64,000 bases of DNA from Lama glama (lineage: Eukaryota), in assembly GCA_028534125.1 (NCBI GenBank), contig CM052816.1, positions 60,886,001 to 60,950,000 of the forward strand, given 5' to 3'. A program made the translations under genes and the position numbers. The stretch's first letter is position 1; each line of letters starts with the position of its first letter. This document shows, piece after piece, positions 40,346 to 51,720 of the stretch. The notes beneath the pieces were generated by a model. The model was not told the origin of the DNA. It did not search any database and saw nothing but the letters and a program-made list of their open reading frames with translations.

Positions 40346-41097
40346 TAGTAAGAATTAGATTTGTTTTAAAATGTTCCCTATGAAAATGCAAATACCTCTC
40401 CGGGAAAGTCCTCATTTAAAGCCATCACAGAGCTCCCAGGAAGAAGGACTGGCTGGGGCAGGCTGAGGGACAGGTAAGAGGCTGCAAGACTGGCAGGTGT
40501 GAGAGGCCCAGGCTCTGTGGGGTTGTGCAGCGGGTATTCTGAAGGCGCTCAGCAGACAGTAAGCACCGCTACATGACAGTGACTGCCCAGGAGCCCAGCC
40601 AATGTGCATGCAAACAGCAGGCCCTCGGGCACAGCGAAAGCAGCCTCGTGCCCTTGACTCTCACAGCTCTTTGTTACCCAGCTCCTTCCTGCCCTGCTCC
40701 CCCTGCTCTGCTCCATTTCATGCTCTTCCTGGCCCTTTTAGTCACCAGCACACAGGAGAGCAGAATCCACAAAGCCTGTTTCAGGGAGAGTCGCTGCAAG
40801 AGTCAGGAGGAGCGGCAGCGCGTTTGGAGGGACTCACGTGTCCACAGCAGAAAGCACCCCTTCTCAGAGCTCGCCTCCCTTTCCCTCTGCTCTTCAACTT
40901 CAATTTTCTCCATCTAATCCCTCAATGTCAACACATTTTGGATTTTCTCATTGGTAAAAATGAGATCCGTGCTCCCTAGACTTGGTGCTGCCTAACGGAT
41001 ATTCCCCACAAGCTGCCAGTAAGGAAGGACGTGAGTAAAACAACAGAGCTCACTCAGGAGGGCTCTGCAGGCAGACGAGTATCTCCAGAGGAAAGCA

Positions 41098-41592
41098 TGC
41101 ATAGACTATGAGCAAGCAATGGCCATGAACTATATTTTTAACGTTCCATTTTACTAGTAATCAGAAGTACAAATTAAAATATACTATGTTCATCTGCCAT
41201 ATTTGAACTGGCAAACAAGAAATAAGGACCATCTTATTAACCTGGCGACCAGCTGAGGGTCCTCAGCCCTCCTCATTCCTCATCAGACTCGCCCGGGCTT
41301 GTCATCACGGCAGAGGCAGGGGTTATGAGAGAGAGACGGGAAACACACAGGCCTGTTAAGCCCGGGTTCAGAAAAGGCAAACCATCACTTCCACTGCATT
41401 CTATTAACCAAAACAAGTCACAAGGTCAGCAGAGACTGGGGGTAAGTTGACTCTGCCTCTTGATGGGAAGACTGGCAAAATCGTATTGCAGGGGTTCTGA
41501 ATACAGGGAGAGGCGGAGAATTGGGGCCCCTTTTCAAGCCATCCGTTGCAATCATATACTACATTATCCCAATTAGCCTCTTAAAAATTATG
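41098..41592 (+). repeat. Copy 2 of the diverged ~500-bp direct repeat
   Basis: Aligns along its length to 38860-39365. Confidence 0.9.
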
Positions 41593-42060
41593 TAAAAATG
41601 TACATATATTTCATATTTCATATGTAAATATTTTTATATATTTATATTTTATGTAACTATATTTTATATAAATATATAACATTTATATATATATACACAC
41701 ATATATGTGATATGAGAATACATAGACCAGACAGACAGATAGATTAGGCAGATTATTAATATAAATCATTGCATTGTTATAACAGCTGGAAACATTTATC
41801 ATTCTATTTATCCAGACTTTGTTCAAGAATTTTTAAATGTGCCACAGTTTGCCCTACAGGGGTCTTAAAATTCATATGATTTTGACCAGTGTAATGTTTG
41901 AGTGTGTCTCTACCAAGGTAGGTTGATAACAAATTTGACTTACTAACTACAGCAAACTAGGACACGGCTGTCTACAAAAATCACTTACAATAATCAAATG
42001 AACACAGAGAGAACATGATGGGAAACAGTAATTTTCAAGGTGGAAAATCAAATACCGTAC

Positions 42061-42265
42061 CTTTTCTGGACAGATACAACCCACTGTAGAAGTACAACAC
42101 TGATTTATTTGCTTTTCGGCCACAGGGACTCATTCTCCTTGGAGACATTCTTAACAGAATCCGAGGAGACAGTAAATAAAATTGGAAACCTTTTGCAAGT
42201 AGAATCTTGGGAGATGAATTTGACCTCATTTTTGTCCCACAACATGTAAGCCAACCAATGCCCAG
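42061..42265 (-). pseudogene. Candidate pseudo-exon (frameshifted)
   Basis: Acceptor gggtttag|C (alternative start at 42272), donor AAG|gtacgg. Reads WALVGLHVVGQK, then after a 1-nt shift in an A run NEVKFISQDSTCKRFPILFTV...ISVVLLQWVVSVQKR. Confidence 0.5.
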
Positions 42266-42430
42266 CTAAACCCTAACCCAAATAGACAGGGATTGCCCGA
42301 TTTTTTTTATAAGCCAAAGTCACAGCAACTTCCAAGTACCCCGCTGGCAGTCCTGCCCACCTCCTGAACAGTACCATGACAACCCACACAGCAAAGGAAG
42401 GACCATTATTAGGAGGCCTGCTATCCTCAC

Positions 42431-42538
42431 CTGTAATCCTCCTGGGAGATCTGATGTTCCAAGCAGACAGCATGATCAAGCCTCCTTAACACCCAGCTAA
42501 CCTCAAAGATGCCAAGTTCTCCTAGCTTCCATGTACTG
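42431..42538 (-). pseudogene. Candidate pseudo-exon (108 nt, phase 2-2, open)
   Basis: Acceptor gttttcctatag|C, donor CAG|gtgagg; reads STWKLGELGIFEVSWVLRRLDHAVCLEHQISQEDY. Confidence 0.6.
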
Positions 42539-42984
42539 CTATAGGAAAACATATTCTTCCTCCATCCAGCTATAGCTATGTTTACCAAGGGCTGTAACTG
42601 GGACCAAGTTGAAACTGAGCAGGTTTGTTTAATGGAACAAACATATGCCAATGCATGAAAAGGAAACAGGAAAGAAATAGAAACACCGCCATGCAGATGT
42701 CTCAGGAGTCCAGTCCTCTTTCACTTTTCCTAAGGTGATGGAGTCCCAACAGCACATAGCAGTTGTGCACTCTGCTTCTTGAATCTCTATTCATTTACCC
42801 AATCAGTGTGCCCTGACCGTCAGCTGTGGGCTAGAAACTGTGCTGGGGCAGGGGTGGGCAGACAGTGATTATTAAGATACAATCCCTGGCCTTGAGAAGC
42901 TCAGTGTGGAAGGAAGACCTATGTGAGGCCATTATGAGTGAGTGTGTAAGTGTTATGAATGAGAATGATCACTGTGCTGGAACA

Positions 42985-43950
42985 TCAAAAAAAAAAAAAC
43001 CAATCAAAAAAAATGGGCAGAAGACCTGAACAAACATTTCTCCAGTGAAGACATACAAATTGCCAATAGGCAAATGAAAAAATGCTCAATATCACTAATT
43101 ATCAGAGAAATGCAAATCAAAACTACAATCAGAACTACACCTCACACCAAGCAGAATAGCCATCATTAAAAAGTCCACAAATAATACATGCTAGAGACGG
43201 TTTGGAGAAAAGGAAACCCTCCTACACTGTGGATAGGAATGTAATTTGGTGCAGCCACTAGGGAGAACAGTATGAAGATTCCTTAAAAAACTAAAAATAG
43301 ATTTACTATATGATTTAACAACCCCACTCCTGGGCATATATCCAGAGGAAACTCTAATTCAAAAAGCTACATGCACCCCAATGTTTATAGAAGCACTATT
43401 TACAATAGCCAAGACATGGAAGCAACCTAAATGTCCATTGACAGATGAATGGATAAAGAAGTTGTGGTATATACATATACAGTGGAATACTACTCAGCCA
43501 TTAAAAAGAATAAAATAATGCCATTTACAACAACATGGATGGACCTGGAGATCATCATTCTAAGTGAAGTAAGCCAGAAAGAGAAAGAAAAATACCATAT
43601 GATATCACTTCTATGTGCTCCTAATAAAAAAAAGACACAAATGAACTTATTTACAAAATAGAAACAGACTCCTAGACATAGAAAACAAACTTGTGGTTAC
43701 CAGGGTTGGGGGTGGGTGGGAAGGAGGGATGGAGAGATGAACTGGGAGTTTGGGATTTGCAGATACTGACTACTATATAAAAAATGAATGAACAACAAAG
43801 TCCTACTGTAGAGGACAGGGAACTAACTATAATAGCCTATAATGAAAAAGAATAGGAAAAAATATATATATGTACAACTGAATCACTATGCTATACACCA
43901 GGAATTAACACAACACTGTAAACAAAGTACACTTCAATTTAAAAAAAGAA
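42985..43950 (+). mobile_element. 5'-truncated young L1 3' end inserted in an L2
   Basis: ORF2 end (EYYSAIKKNKIMPFTTTWMDLEIIILSEVSQKEKEKYHMISL), G-rich 3' UTR tract and A tail; L2 text on both sides. Confidence 0.95.
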
Positions 43951-44199
43951 TTGGAAAAGTCTTTCAGGAAATTAAAAAATGCATGAGCTGAATGTAGAGG
44001 TGTGGGGACGGATGGTGAGGTGTTATGGCTCGTGTACAAAATGCAAAAGGATGTGAGAGGAGACCAGCCATGGAGAGCCCAGTGTGTTTTAATTAAAGTT
44101 GAATTTTGTTTGACAAGTGTCCATGGAGAATGAGAAGGAGCTACTGCAGGGTTTAGGTCAGTTGCATTTTAGAAAGCTCTCTCTATCCAAACTGTGGAG

Positions 44200-44612
44200 A
44201 CTTTCCCTCACCACCCATGACCACAACCAGTCTATCAGGAAGTCCTATCAGTTCCATATTCCAAATGTATCTAAATTCTTACTTCTCTTCCTACAGCCAC
44301 TGCTACCATTCTGATCCAAGCCACTGTCATCTCTTCTAGATTTTGAAATAGCCCCCTATCTGGTCCTCTGATTTTCTTCCTGCCAGTCTCCTTCTGCTCT
44401 CAACACGGCGGTCAGCATGACCCTTACAAAACTTAAGTCAGGTCACGTCACTCCTCTCTTTCCTCTTTCACTCCTGTTCTTCACCACACTGCCCCCAACA
44501 CCCCTCCTGACCTCCCCTCACCTACCCTGCAGCAGCCACCATGGCCTCGCTGTATCAGCACACAGTACGTGTTGACAAATATCTGATGAATGACTAAGTG
44601 AACAAATGAATG
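44200..44612 (+). mobile_element. L2 fragment with 3' tail
   Basis: CCAAGCCACTGTCATCTCTT...GTCAGGTCACGTCACTCCTC...AAATATCTGATGAATGA. Confidence 0.7.
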
Positions 44613-45442
44613 GGGACTGGACCAGAGCAGAGATTGGCCTGTGGCTGAGAAGTCAGATGAACACAGAACACTGCATAGTAATCCTGACTCTGAAAAGAAG
44701 TGTCATAAAATTATGTGATCAAAGACAAGCCTTTGAAAGACAACTTGGAAGGACTGGGAAAACAAATCTATGGTTCTGACAGTAAACTAACCCAAGAAGG
44801 ATTTACTAAGGCAGGACCAAACTGTGTCAAATTTCAAATAAATTTTGGTAAATAAAATATTCTGAGCACTGGACTTAGAAGTCATTCAACAAATATGTAT
44901 CAAGATATTATGGTGCTCAAGGACATTAAAACATCAAATCTCAAGAACTTTATAGTTTGATAAGGGAAATAAGGAAATGCATACCAATTGCCTTAAAAAA
45001 AATCCTCTGATCTAAACTAAGGAGAAATAATGCATAGGGAAAAAACTGAGATAAAGATGCACCAAAATATTAACAATGATTGTTTCTGAAGAATAAATCA
45101 CCAAAGTTCAGTGTCTTAACCCAACAGTGCATCCTATCCATGTCAGAGCATAACCCTGTGTTCCAGTCCACAGGGGGCTCTCCTCCAGGTAGTGATTAAG
45201 GGATCCAGTCTCCTTCCATCCTGTGGTTCCTCACATCCCCTAGGGCCTCATGATCAGTTGCATTCTCCCAGCAGAAAGGGAAAAGATTATGGAGAAAGTA
45301 TACCTGTTTCTTCAAAGTCTTGATGCACAAGTTATATATACATATATATATTTGCAAAAAGAAAAAAGTTAATGATCTTTGACCCAGTGGCCCTATTCTA
45401 TAAATCTATAGTAAAGAAATGGAATTGTGGAAAAGTATGCTG

Positions 45443-45495
45443 GATAGATAGGTAGGTAGGTAGGTAGGTAGGTAGATAGACAGACGATAGTAGAT
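45443..45495. repeat. (GATA)/(GGTA)n tetranucleotide repeat
   Basis: Directly visible. Confidence 0.9.
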
Positions 45496-46404
45496 AAAGA
45501 CAGAGGCATGAATTGTGGTAGAATTATGTAAAATAGCACAAAAAAATTCCACAACAAGAGTATGCTCCAGCCGCATGTGAAATATTACCTAATCATAAAT
45601 ATTTTCAATAGTATACACAAAATAGTAAATAAAATTTTTAATGGCCAATTAAAATATATATTTTAAATGATACCTAATTTGGCATAAGTGCAAGGGTATG
45701 CACCTATTTAAATAGGTACAATCTTTTTCAAAGGAAACTGGAAATAAGTATAAAATGTCTTTGTCCCTACAATTGTATGCTACAATGTATCATAAGACTA
45801 AAAGTAGAGCTGTACAAAGAGTCAGTTCTCTGAATGCTAAGAATGCTGATTAAATTTCCTTGCAAAAAGAAAAATCATGAGCAACTTAAATTTACAATAA
45901 TCTCTGGTTATTTAAAAATATTCTGATATATTCTGGCCTATTCATGTGATGGATTACAATGTAGCCTTTTAAAATATGCTGTAGACGATTATTAAATAGT
46001 ATGGAAAATATTCACAATGCATCAAGTTAAAAAGCAAGCTTCAAAGTAGTATGCACAGTAATTTATATACATAAAATGCTTAGATGATTGGAAAAGTATA
46101 CATCAAAATGTTGAGTTATTTCTGGGTGGTGGGACTATCCATACTTTTTGCTTTATTGTTTATGATTTTCTACCTTCTCAACATTTCAACAATAAATGTG
46201 TAATACTTTTAAATCAGATTTTAAATATTTTACTCATATTTTAATAGTATTTGTGGAAATTCTCACAATGATTTTGAGAAAGTAAACTACTAAACCACAT
46301 AGGATGTGATTCCAGTTGTGTGTGTGTTCACGAAAAATACATATTGGAAGAAAAGACAGCAAAATATGAATATGTTTATTTCTGAGCAGTAGGGTTCCAG
46401 TTCA

Positions 46405-47610
46405 GGGGAAAATGGAAAGTTAGCAGGTCTATCCCGTCTCTCCCCCGCTAAATGCAGTTATAAAATCTGGACAGAACACAAGGAGCAGCACTTAAGGATT
46501 CTAAAAATAAAGCAGCCAAAGGACTGCGGAAGATCAGCATTTGCAGCAGCCCTGAACCAGTGGAGGGCTTACCATTTTTTAATTCCAGTGTACCCTTGCT
46601 TGGATGCGGGAGTTACGGGGGTGAGTAGGGGGAGGAGCCACGAGGAGGCTTCCACACAGATAGACAGCTCAGGCAGAAACCCTCCAGCTCGGGCTCCAGG
46701 CCAGGAAACAGGTCTCCTGGTAGTGACAGTACCAGCAAAAGGGGCCCACAGATGCCTGAAACTCTGAGGGAGGGGAACTGTCTTCTCTGATCAGAGGAGC
46801 TGTCTTCCCAAAAGACTGGGGCAAACCCCATTGCTTTTTCCCTCTCTCTGTCCTTCCAGCAGTTAGAGTACATGGCAGAGCAGAATATATAAAGCGACAG
46901 CTTTCTGGGGAAAGTACCAAAAAGAAGACTCCCCAGGGACCTGAATGTATCAAGACATCACAGAGAGAAAGGAGCTTGGAAAATCAGTCCCACAAAGTTG
47001 TAAATAAACCCCTGGGCTCACTAACAAGCGGCACATGTAGGAACATAATCCTAACCAGCACAACAACTTTGGGAGCTGAACTCAGAGGTAAACCACCACC
47101 CAAGTGTCAGCCTGGTGGCACTCTCCTGGGATAGGTCTGAATAGCACTGCAAAGACTTTGAAAACAAACTGATCTTGAAACCACAGCCCAGAAAAAGCTG
47201 GTTAAGAACTTGCAGCCTGTATCCCAATGGGTCAATCACCTTCTAAAAGAAGGGCGACTTCTACGAACAGGATAATAGCCCTCCAGGTGGAAGACATCCT
47301 CAGATGAAGAAAAACTAAGAAAACTGATGGTTGGCAGACCTGCTGTAAAAGAAGCCCTGAAGGAAGTTCTTCAGGCAGTGGGGAAGTAGCACGAGAAGGA
47401 AACCTGGATCTTCAGGAACAAAGGAAGAGAAACAAAAATGGTAAATATCTTCTAATGTAATGGATTATTATTCTCCTCTTGAGCTATTTAACAAGTGCAT
47501 CGCAATTGAAAACAAAAATTATTGTCCGATGGGGTTTGCGGTATGTCGATGTTATAAGATCACTACAGCATAGACAGAAGAGGGCAAAGGGAGCTATGTG
47601 CTGGTGATGT
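46405..47610 (+). mobile_element. Old L1M 5' end / ORF1 fragment, preceded by L1ME 3' fragments (~45370-46400)
   Basis: L1M 5'-like text; ORF1 end AAAACTAAGAAAA...GCAGACCTGCTGTAAAAGAA...GAAGTTCTTCAGGCAG. Confidence 0.65.
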
Positions 47611-47869
47611 TAGAATAAGAACTTAACAGAGGGGAAGACGTTCATTCTCTGGGTACGAATGGGGAGCAGAGAGTGTCCTCCAGACCAGAGCATGTCCTGT
47701 GACCACAAGGCCTGTCCCCACCTTCACCTACCAAACCCAACTTCACTCTTCTTTCCTTCCTTCTAAGTCCACGAAGCCTTCACGAAGTCATTCTCACTTC
47801 CTTCCACAGCGTCCCCTTCGCATGTGGTTTATAACGACTTGAGGGTTCTTGTTGTAAACTATAACTGGT

Positions 47870-48030
47870 AATGTTAATAATAGCAGCAACCATCTACTAA
47901 GTATCTACCGCCTACCAGATCTAGCACTAAGTACTTTACAAGCATCATTTCTGATTCTTATGCAAAACCTGGTGAGGGAGATAATATTATCCCCCACTTG
48001 ACAAAAGAGGAAATAGACTCAGTGTGCCAG
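47870..48030 (-). mobile_element. MIR SINE
   Basis: CTACTAAGTATCTAC...CTAAGTACTTTACA...ATTATCCCCCACTTGACAAAAGAGGAAA. Confidence 0.75.
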
Positions 48031-48072
48031 TGTGATTTCCACACTTGTTTTATTGACAGTGGTTAGACTTAC

Positions 48073-48222
48073 GGGGTTGAATCTATCCTTAAGCACCTTC
48101 TGGGTCCTAGAATCTGAGCTAGAAGGACCTGAGTAATCTGCTTCTACTTTGATCCTCCAGTTCTACAGCTGACAAAATTGGGCTAGATTGGTTTATTTTG
48201 AAATTGGGTTCAACCCATAAAC
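48073..48222 (-). pseudogene. Candidate pseudo-exon (150 nt)
   Basis: Acceptor cctgtcctttcag|G, donor CCC|gtaagt. The phase-2 frame reads FMG*TQFQNKPI*PNFVSCRTGGSK*KQITQVLLAQILGPRRCLRIDST; the phase-0 frame contains ADYSGPSSSDSRTQKVL. Confidence 0.55.
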
Positions 48223-48378
48223 CTGAAAGGACAGGCCAATAAATGGCTCTTAAGCCTCCTCCCAAATAACACGCAAGAAAAGGCTGAGATATTGGGAGGG
48301 TTTCATGCGAACAGTAGAGCCATTCTTGATCCACGCTGAGATCAGAATGAAACAATTTATGTGTCTGAGCATCAGTAC

Positions 48379-48473
48379 CTTTGACTGACCTTGCTGCTGA
48401 GTGCTTCTTGTGATTTTTGTGCTGCAGAACATTTCAAGTTCAAAGTAAGATGGATATACCTTAGTAATACATG
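48379..48473 (-). pseudogene. Candidate pseudo-exon (95 nt, phase 0-2, open)
   Basis: Acceptor gatttttctccag|C, donor AAG|gtactg; reads HVLLRYIHLTLNLKCSAAQKSQEALSSKVSQ. Confidence 0.55.
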
Positions 48474-48662
48474 CTGGAGAAAAATCAATTTCTATGATAA
48501 ATGGTGTGATGCTTGTCTTGACTCGGGGCTGTGTGGGCAGCCTCCTAAATGGCCACAGCTCTCCCCCTGTGCACCACGAAGTCCTTGTTACCTTGGAATG
48601 TTTGGGGCTGAGCTGCAGTGTGCAGGGAAAGAAACAGTATCCAACCATTTGATTATAACATC

Positions 48663-49019
48663 TGCTACAGTCTGCCCGTGTCTCCCAAAAATTCATTATG
48701 TTGAAATCCTGCCCCCACAAAGATGATGGTCTTAGGAGGTGGGCCTTTGGGGGGTACTTAAGTCATGAGGGTGGAGTTCTCCTGAATGGGATTAGTGCCC
48801 TTATAAAAGGGTCCCCAGAGAGCTTGTTCACCCTGCCTGTCATGTGAGGACCCAGTGAAAAGGCACCAGTTATGAACCATGAAAAAGGCCTTCCCCAGAC
48901 CATGCTGACGCCTTGACCTTGGTCTTCCAGCCTCCAGAACTGTGAGCAGTGAATTTCTGTTGTTTGTAAGCGACCCAGTCCGTGGTGTTTGATTATAGCA
49001 GTGTATACAGACTAAGACA
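48663..49019 (+). mobile_element. MLT1A/MLT1A0 solo LTR
   Basis: TGCTACAGTCTG...CAAAATTCATTATGTTGAAATCC...GAATGGGATTAGTGCCCTTATAAAAG...CAGACTAAGACA. Confidence 0.92.
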
Positions 49020-50023
49020 GTGTCAGAGGGAACTTTGCATGGAGGAGGGCCACTGTGTTGAGCCTTCAGGTGTTGAGCCTCCACTTCAGGGAGAAGTGGA
49101 ACTTGGACTTGTAGAAATGGGATTGGAGGGGAGGAGATGCTCCTGGTATTCCAAGCAGAGAAGGCAGGGCAGGAAAGGGGGCCAACTAGTAGGGAGCAGA
49201 GTTTGACTGGAGCACAGAATCTATACTCAAAGGAAAAGAAAGGAACATAGGTTCAAAAGATAGATGATGGGGTCCTGCATTAGGCATGAAGGATTCTTCC
49301 AATGGAAGTAATTAAAATCCAATTCAAATTAGCTGAGTCAAAAAAGGAGCTTCTGATAGCTGGCCCAGCCAGAGATGGTGGCAGCCTCCGGCATGGCTGT
49401 ATCCAAACACTACAAACTATTCTCCATTCCTCTCTTCCTCCCCTTCCCTCAGCTGCTCACCATGGGCCTCACTTACTCCCTCTGCAGGCCCACATCCTCC
49501 AGGTAGTTATGGAACATAACCTTCGGCAGATTAGTCAATGGCCTTGTCTGAAACACGGGGCTGTTACTGGGCCAATCACTGGGCCCTGGTAAATGGGGTG
49601 CAATGGTTGACCAGGCCTGGATTATACGCCCTCTTGCCATAGAACAGGATAGGAAACCAGAAGAAGGAGAATGGGGAGGAGATAAAAGGGGAGGTTAAAA
49701 ACCACAGTTAGCACAATCCACCACAGGGCCAGATCACGGAGGGCCTCGAAAGCCAGAGTACCAGGTTGGGACTGTATGGCTTAGACAGTGGCAGGGACAG
49801 TGAACGTTTTAAGGAGAGAGGCATAATCAGAGATGTGAGTTAGAATGAGGAGCCTAGTGGCAGCGTGCAGGGTGGACTGTGGTGGTCGGGTGGTGGGGCA
49901 GGTCCCCCCAGCCCTAAGGGCTCATGTCTGAGTTTGTATCCCTAGGGAGCCAGAGGACAGAGGACAGGTTCTTGCTGTGGGAGAAGAGGGGAGAGCAGAG
50001 CACTGGAAGGAAGCGGGTCTCAC

Positions 50024-50239
50024 CTCTTTACCCTGAGAACCAACAATGACAGCAACAGAGAACAGGGGCCCTCGTGAAACAATCACGGTTCAGTGTTTTC
50101 TCTGCAAGCCTGTGACCTCATCAGACCCACAAAGCTTAACACTGGAGGAGAGGTGGGGGTGGAATGAGCTTTTCCCAGCCCATCAGATGGGGGCTCCGGG
50201 TGATAATTACATGATCTTTGTATGCATATCGAATAAGAT
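50024..50239 (-). pseudogene. Candidate pseudo-exon (216 nt)
   Basis: Acceptor cagcctcctag|A, donor GAG|gtgaga. The phase-0 frame reads ILFDMHTKIM*LSPGAPI*WAGK...H*TVIVSRGPLFSVAVIVGSQGKE; the original frame is uncertain. Confidence 0.5.
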
Positions 50240-50432
50240 CTAGGAGGCTGCATCCAAACTCTCAAAAGTGACTTACAGAGAGACAGGACTTTCACTTTAT
50301 AACTTGAACACTTTGATGTTGTGTAAAATACTTTGACATTTGTAATAAAAACATACATATGTATTGTATATATGTTATATATGCATTGCAAAACTGTACA
50401 TCATAAAGGAAAGGAATTATGACTTTTTGTAC

Positions 50433-50592
50433 CTCGAGCTGGTGTCTTGGGACACGGTAGATTCGCTGTGAGAAGGAGATGAGCTGGGTGCAGTGGAGAC
50501 ACGCTGCTCCCAGGTCACGCAGCCACCTGGGCCTTAGTTCTTCCAGCGTGCGCCGCGCTTGGGCTGCGCTCCACTCGGGCTCTGGTTCTGCT
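50433..50592 (-). pseudogene. Candidate pseudo-exon (160 nt, open)
   Basis: Acceptor atctttgtctctag|A, donor GAG|gtacaa; reads AEPEPEWSAAQARRTLEELRPRWLRDLGAACLHCTQLISFSQRIYRVPRHQLE. Confidence 0.55.
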
Positions 50593-51720
50593 CTAGAGAC
50601 AAAGATCTTGAGGAAGACAGATCCTTCTTGCAAGGCCAGGCCGGCCTAAGAGCCTGGCAGGTTCCTGCAGTTGCCCTGGTCGAGGGCAATGGAGGGCTTC
50701 CATCACCAACAGGCCTTTGCTCACCAATTTCAAACTTTAGTACAAGCCGAAGATTGCGCAAGAGTCCTTTAGGATGGAGCCATTATTTGCGAGCAGCTCC
50801 CCACACCTCTGACCCACACTCTGTCCACCCCTTTCTTGCCCTCTGACCCTGTAGTCCCTCCTCCCCTAGCTGAGGGCTCCCTGCCGGTTCCGGTTCCGGT
50901 TCCGGTTCCGGTTCCGAGGGACTCGGTCTGGAAAACTAGGACCCAGAGCCCTGCTTAGATCGTGAAGCGGGGGAGGCTGGGTCTGCGGAGCCTGAGAGCC
51001 CACTCAGTCATTTTAAAAGCTTGTTATTTTTAAGGCCCCAAGCTCAAGAGATGAATTCAGAAAGAAAATGGGAAAAAAAAAAATAGCAAGACAGATAGCA
51101 GGAGCGCGGCCTCCACTAACACGCGCCGTCAGCTGAAACCAATTTGCAGCGCTCCGCTCAGTCTCAGCCCATGAGCTGCGCTCCACCCCAGAAGAGCCCC
51201 TCAGCAGCGAGGGCGCGCGCGCGCAGGCCTGCAGAAGGTAGGCTGGGTTCAGAGCTCTTCAGCATAAAAGAAACAAAGGATCCTTGCTTCTTTCTATTTA
51301 AGTGAGAATCTCTGTGGTTTTGACCTCACTTGCTTAACCTCTTCTGAAGAGGAACTAGCTGCGCAGTCATCCCGCGCCTGCAAGATGGACTTTTAGGAGA
51401 CAATTCGGGTTAGAGAACTCAGGAGAAACGTGGAAAATTCCAGAAGCAGCTCCTGCTGCCTTCGTTTACACTAGCCACTTAACCCCGCGAAATACCTCGT
51501 CTCTCCACCCACCTTTATTTTTTCAAACCCAGAAATAAAGGATTTGAAGTCTTAAAATAGGTAAAGTGCCCCCAACTCAGAGCTCACCGGAGAGTGCCTG
51601 AATCCGAATTCCTGAGAAAAAAGTGGCTAGTCTGCTCTGAGGGAAGATCAAAGGTCCTCCCTTCCCGGTGGCCTCCATCACGTGTTGGGGAGGAAGACCA
51701 GGAAGGCGTGATCTCTCCCC
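50440..51720. promoter_or_regulatory. CpG-island-like region, possible promoter or enhancer
   Basis: CpG and GC clearly enriched over the rest of the window, no transposons, (GC)6 at 51213-51224, CCAAT at ~51139, TTTCGCGG (minus strand) at ~51485-51492. Confidence 0.65.
50884..50916. repeat. (CCGGTT)5.5 hexanucleotide repeat
   Basis: Directly visible. Confidence 0.97.

Noticed and set aside
43703..43730. G-quadruplex-forming GGGTTGGGGGTGGGTGGG
   Set aside because: It is the ordinary G-rich tract of the L1 3' UTR.
48073..50239. Argument that the pseudo-exon stops are all C-to-T changes from CAA/CAG/CGA
   Set aside because: Every stop codon begins with T, so this holds for any stop and is not evidence.
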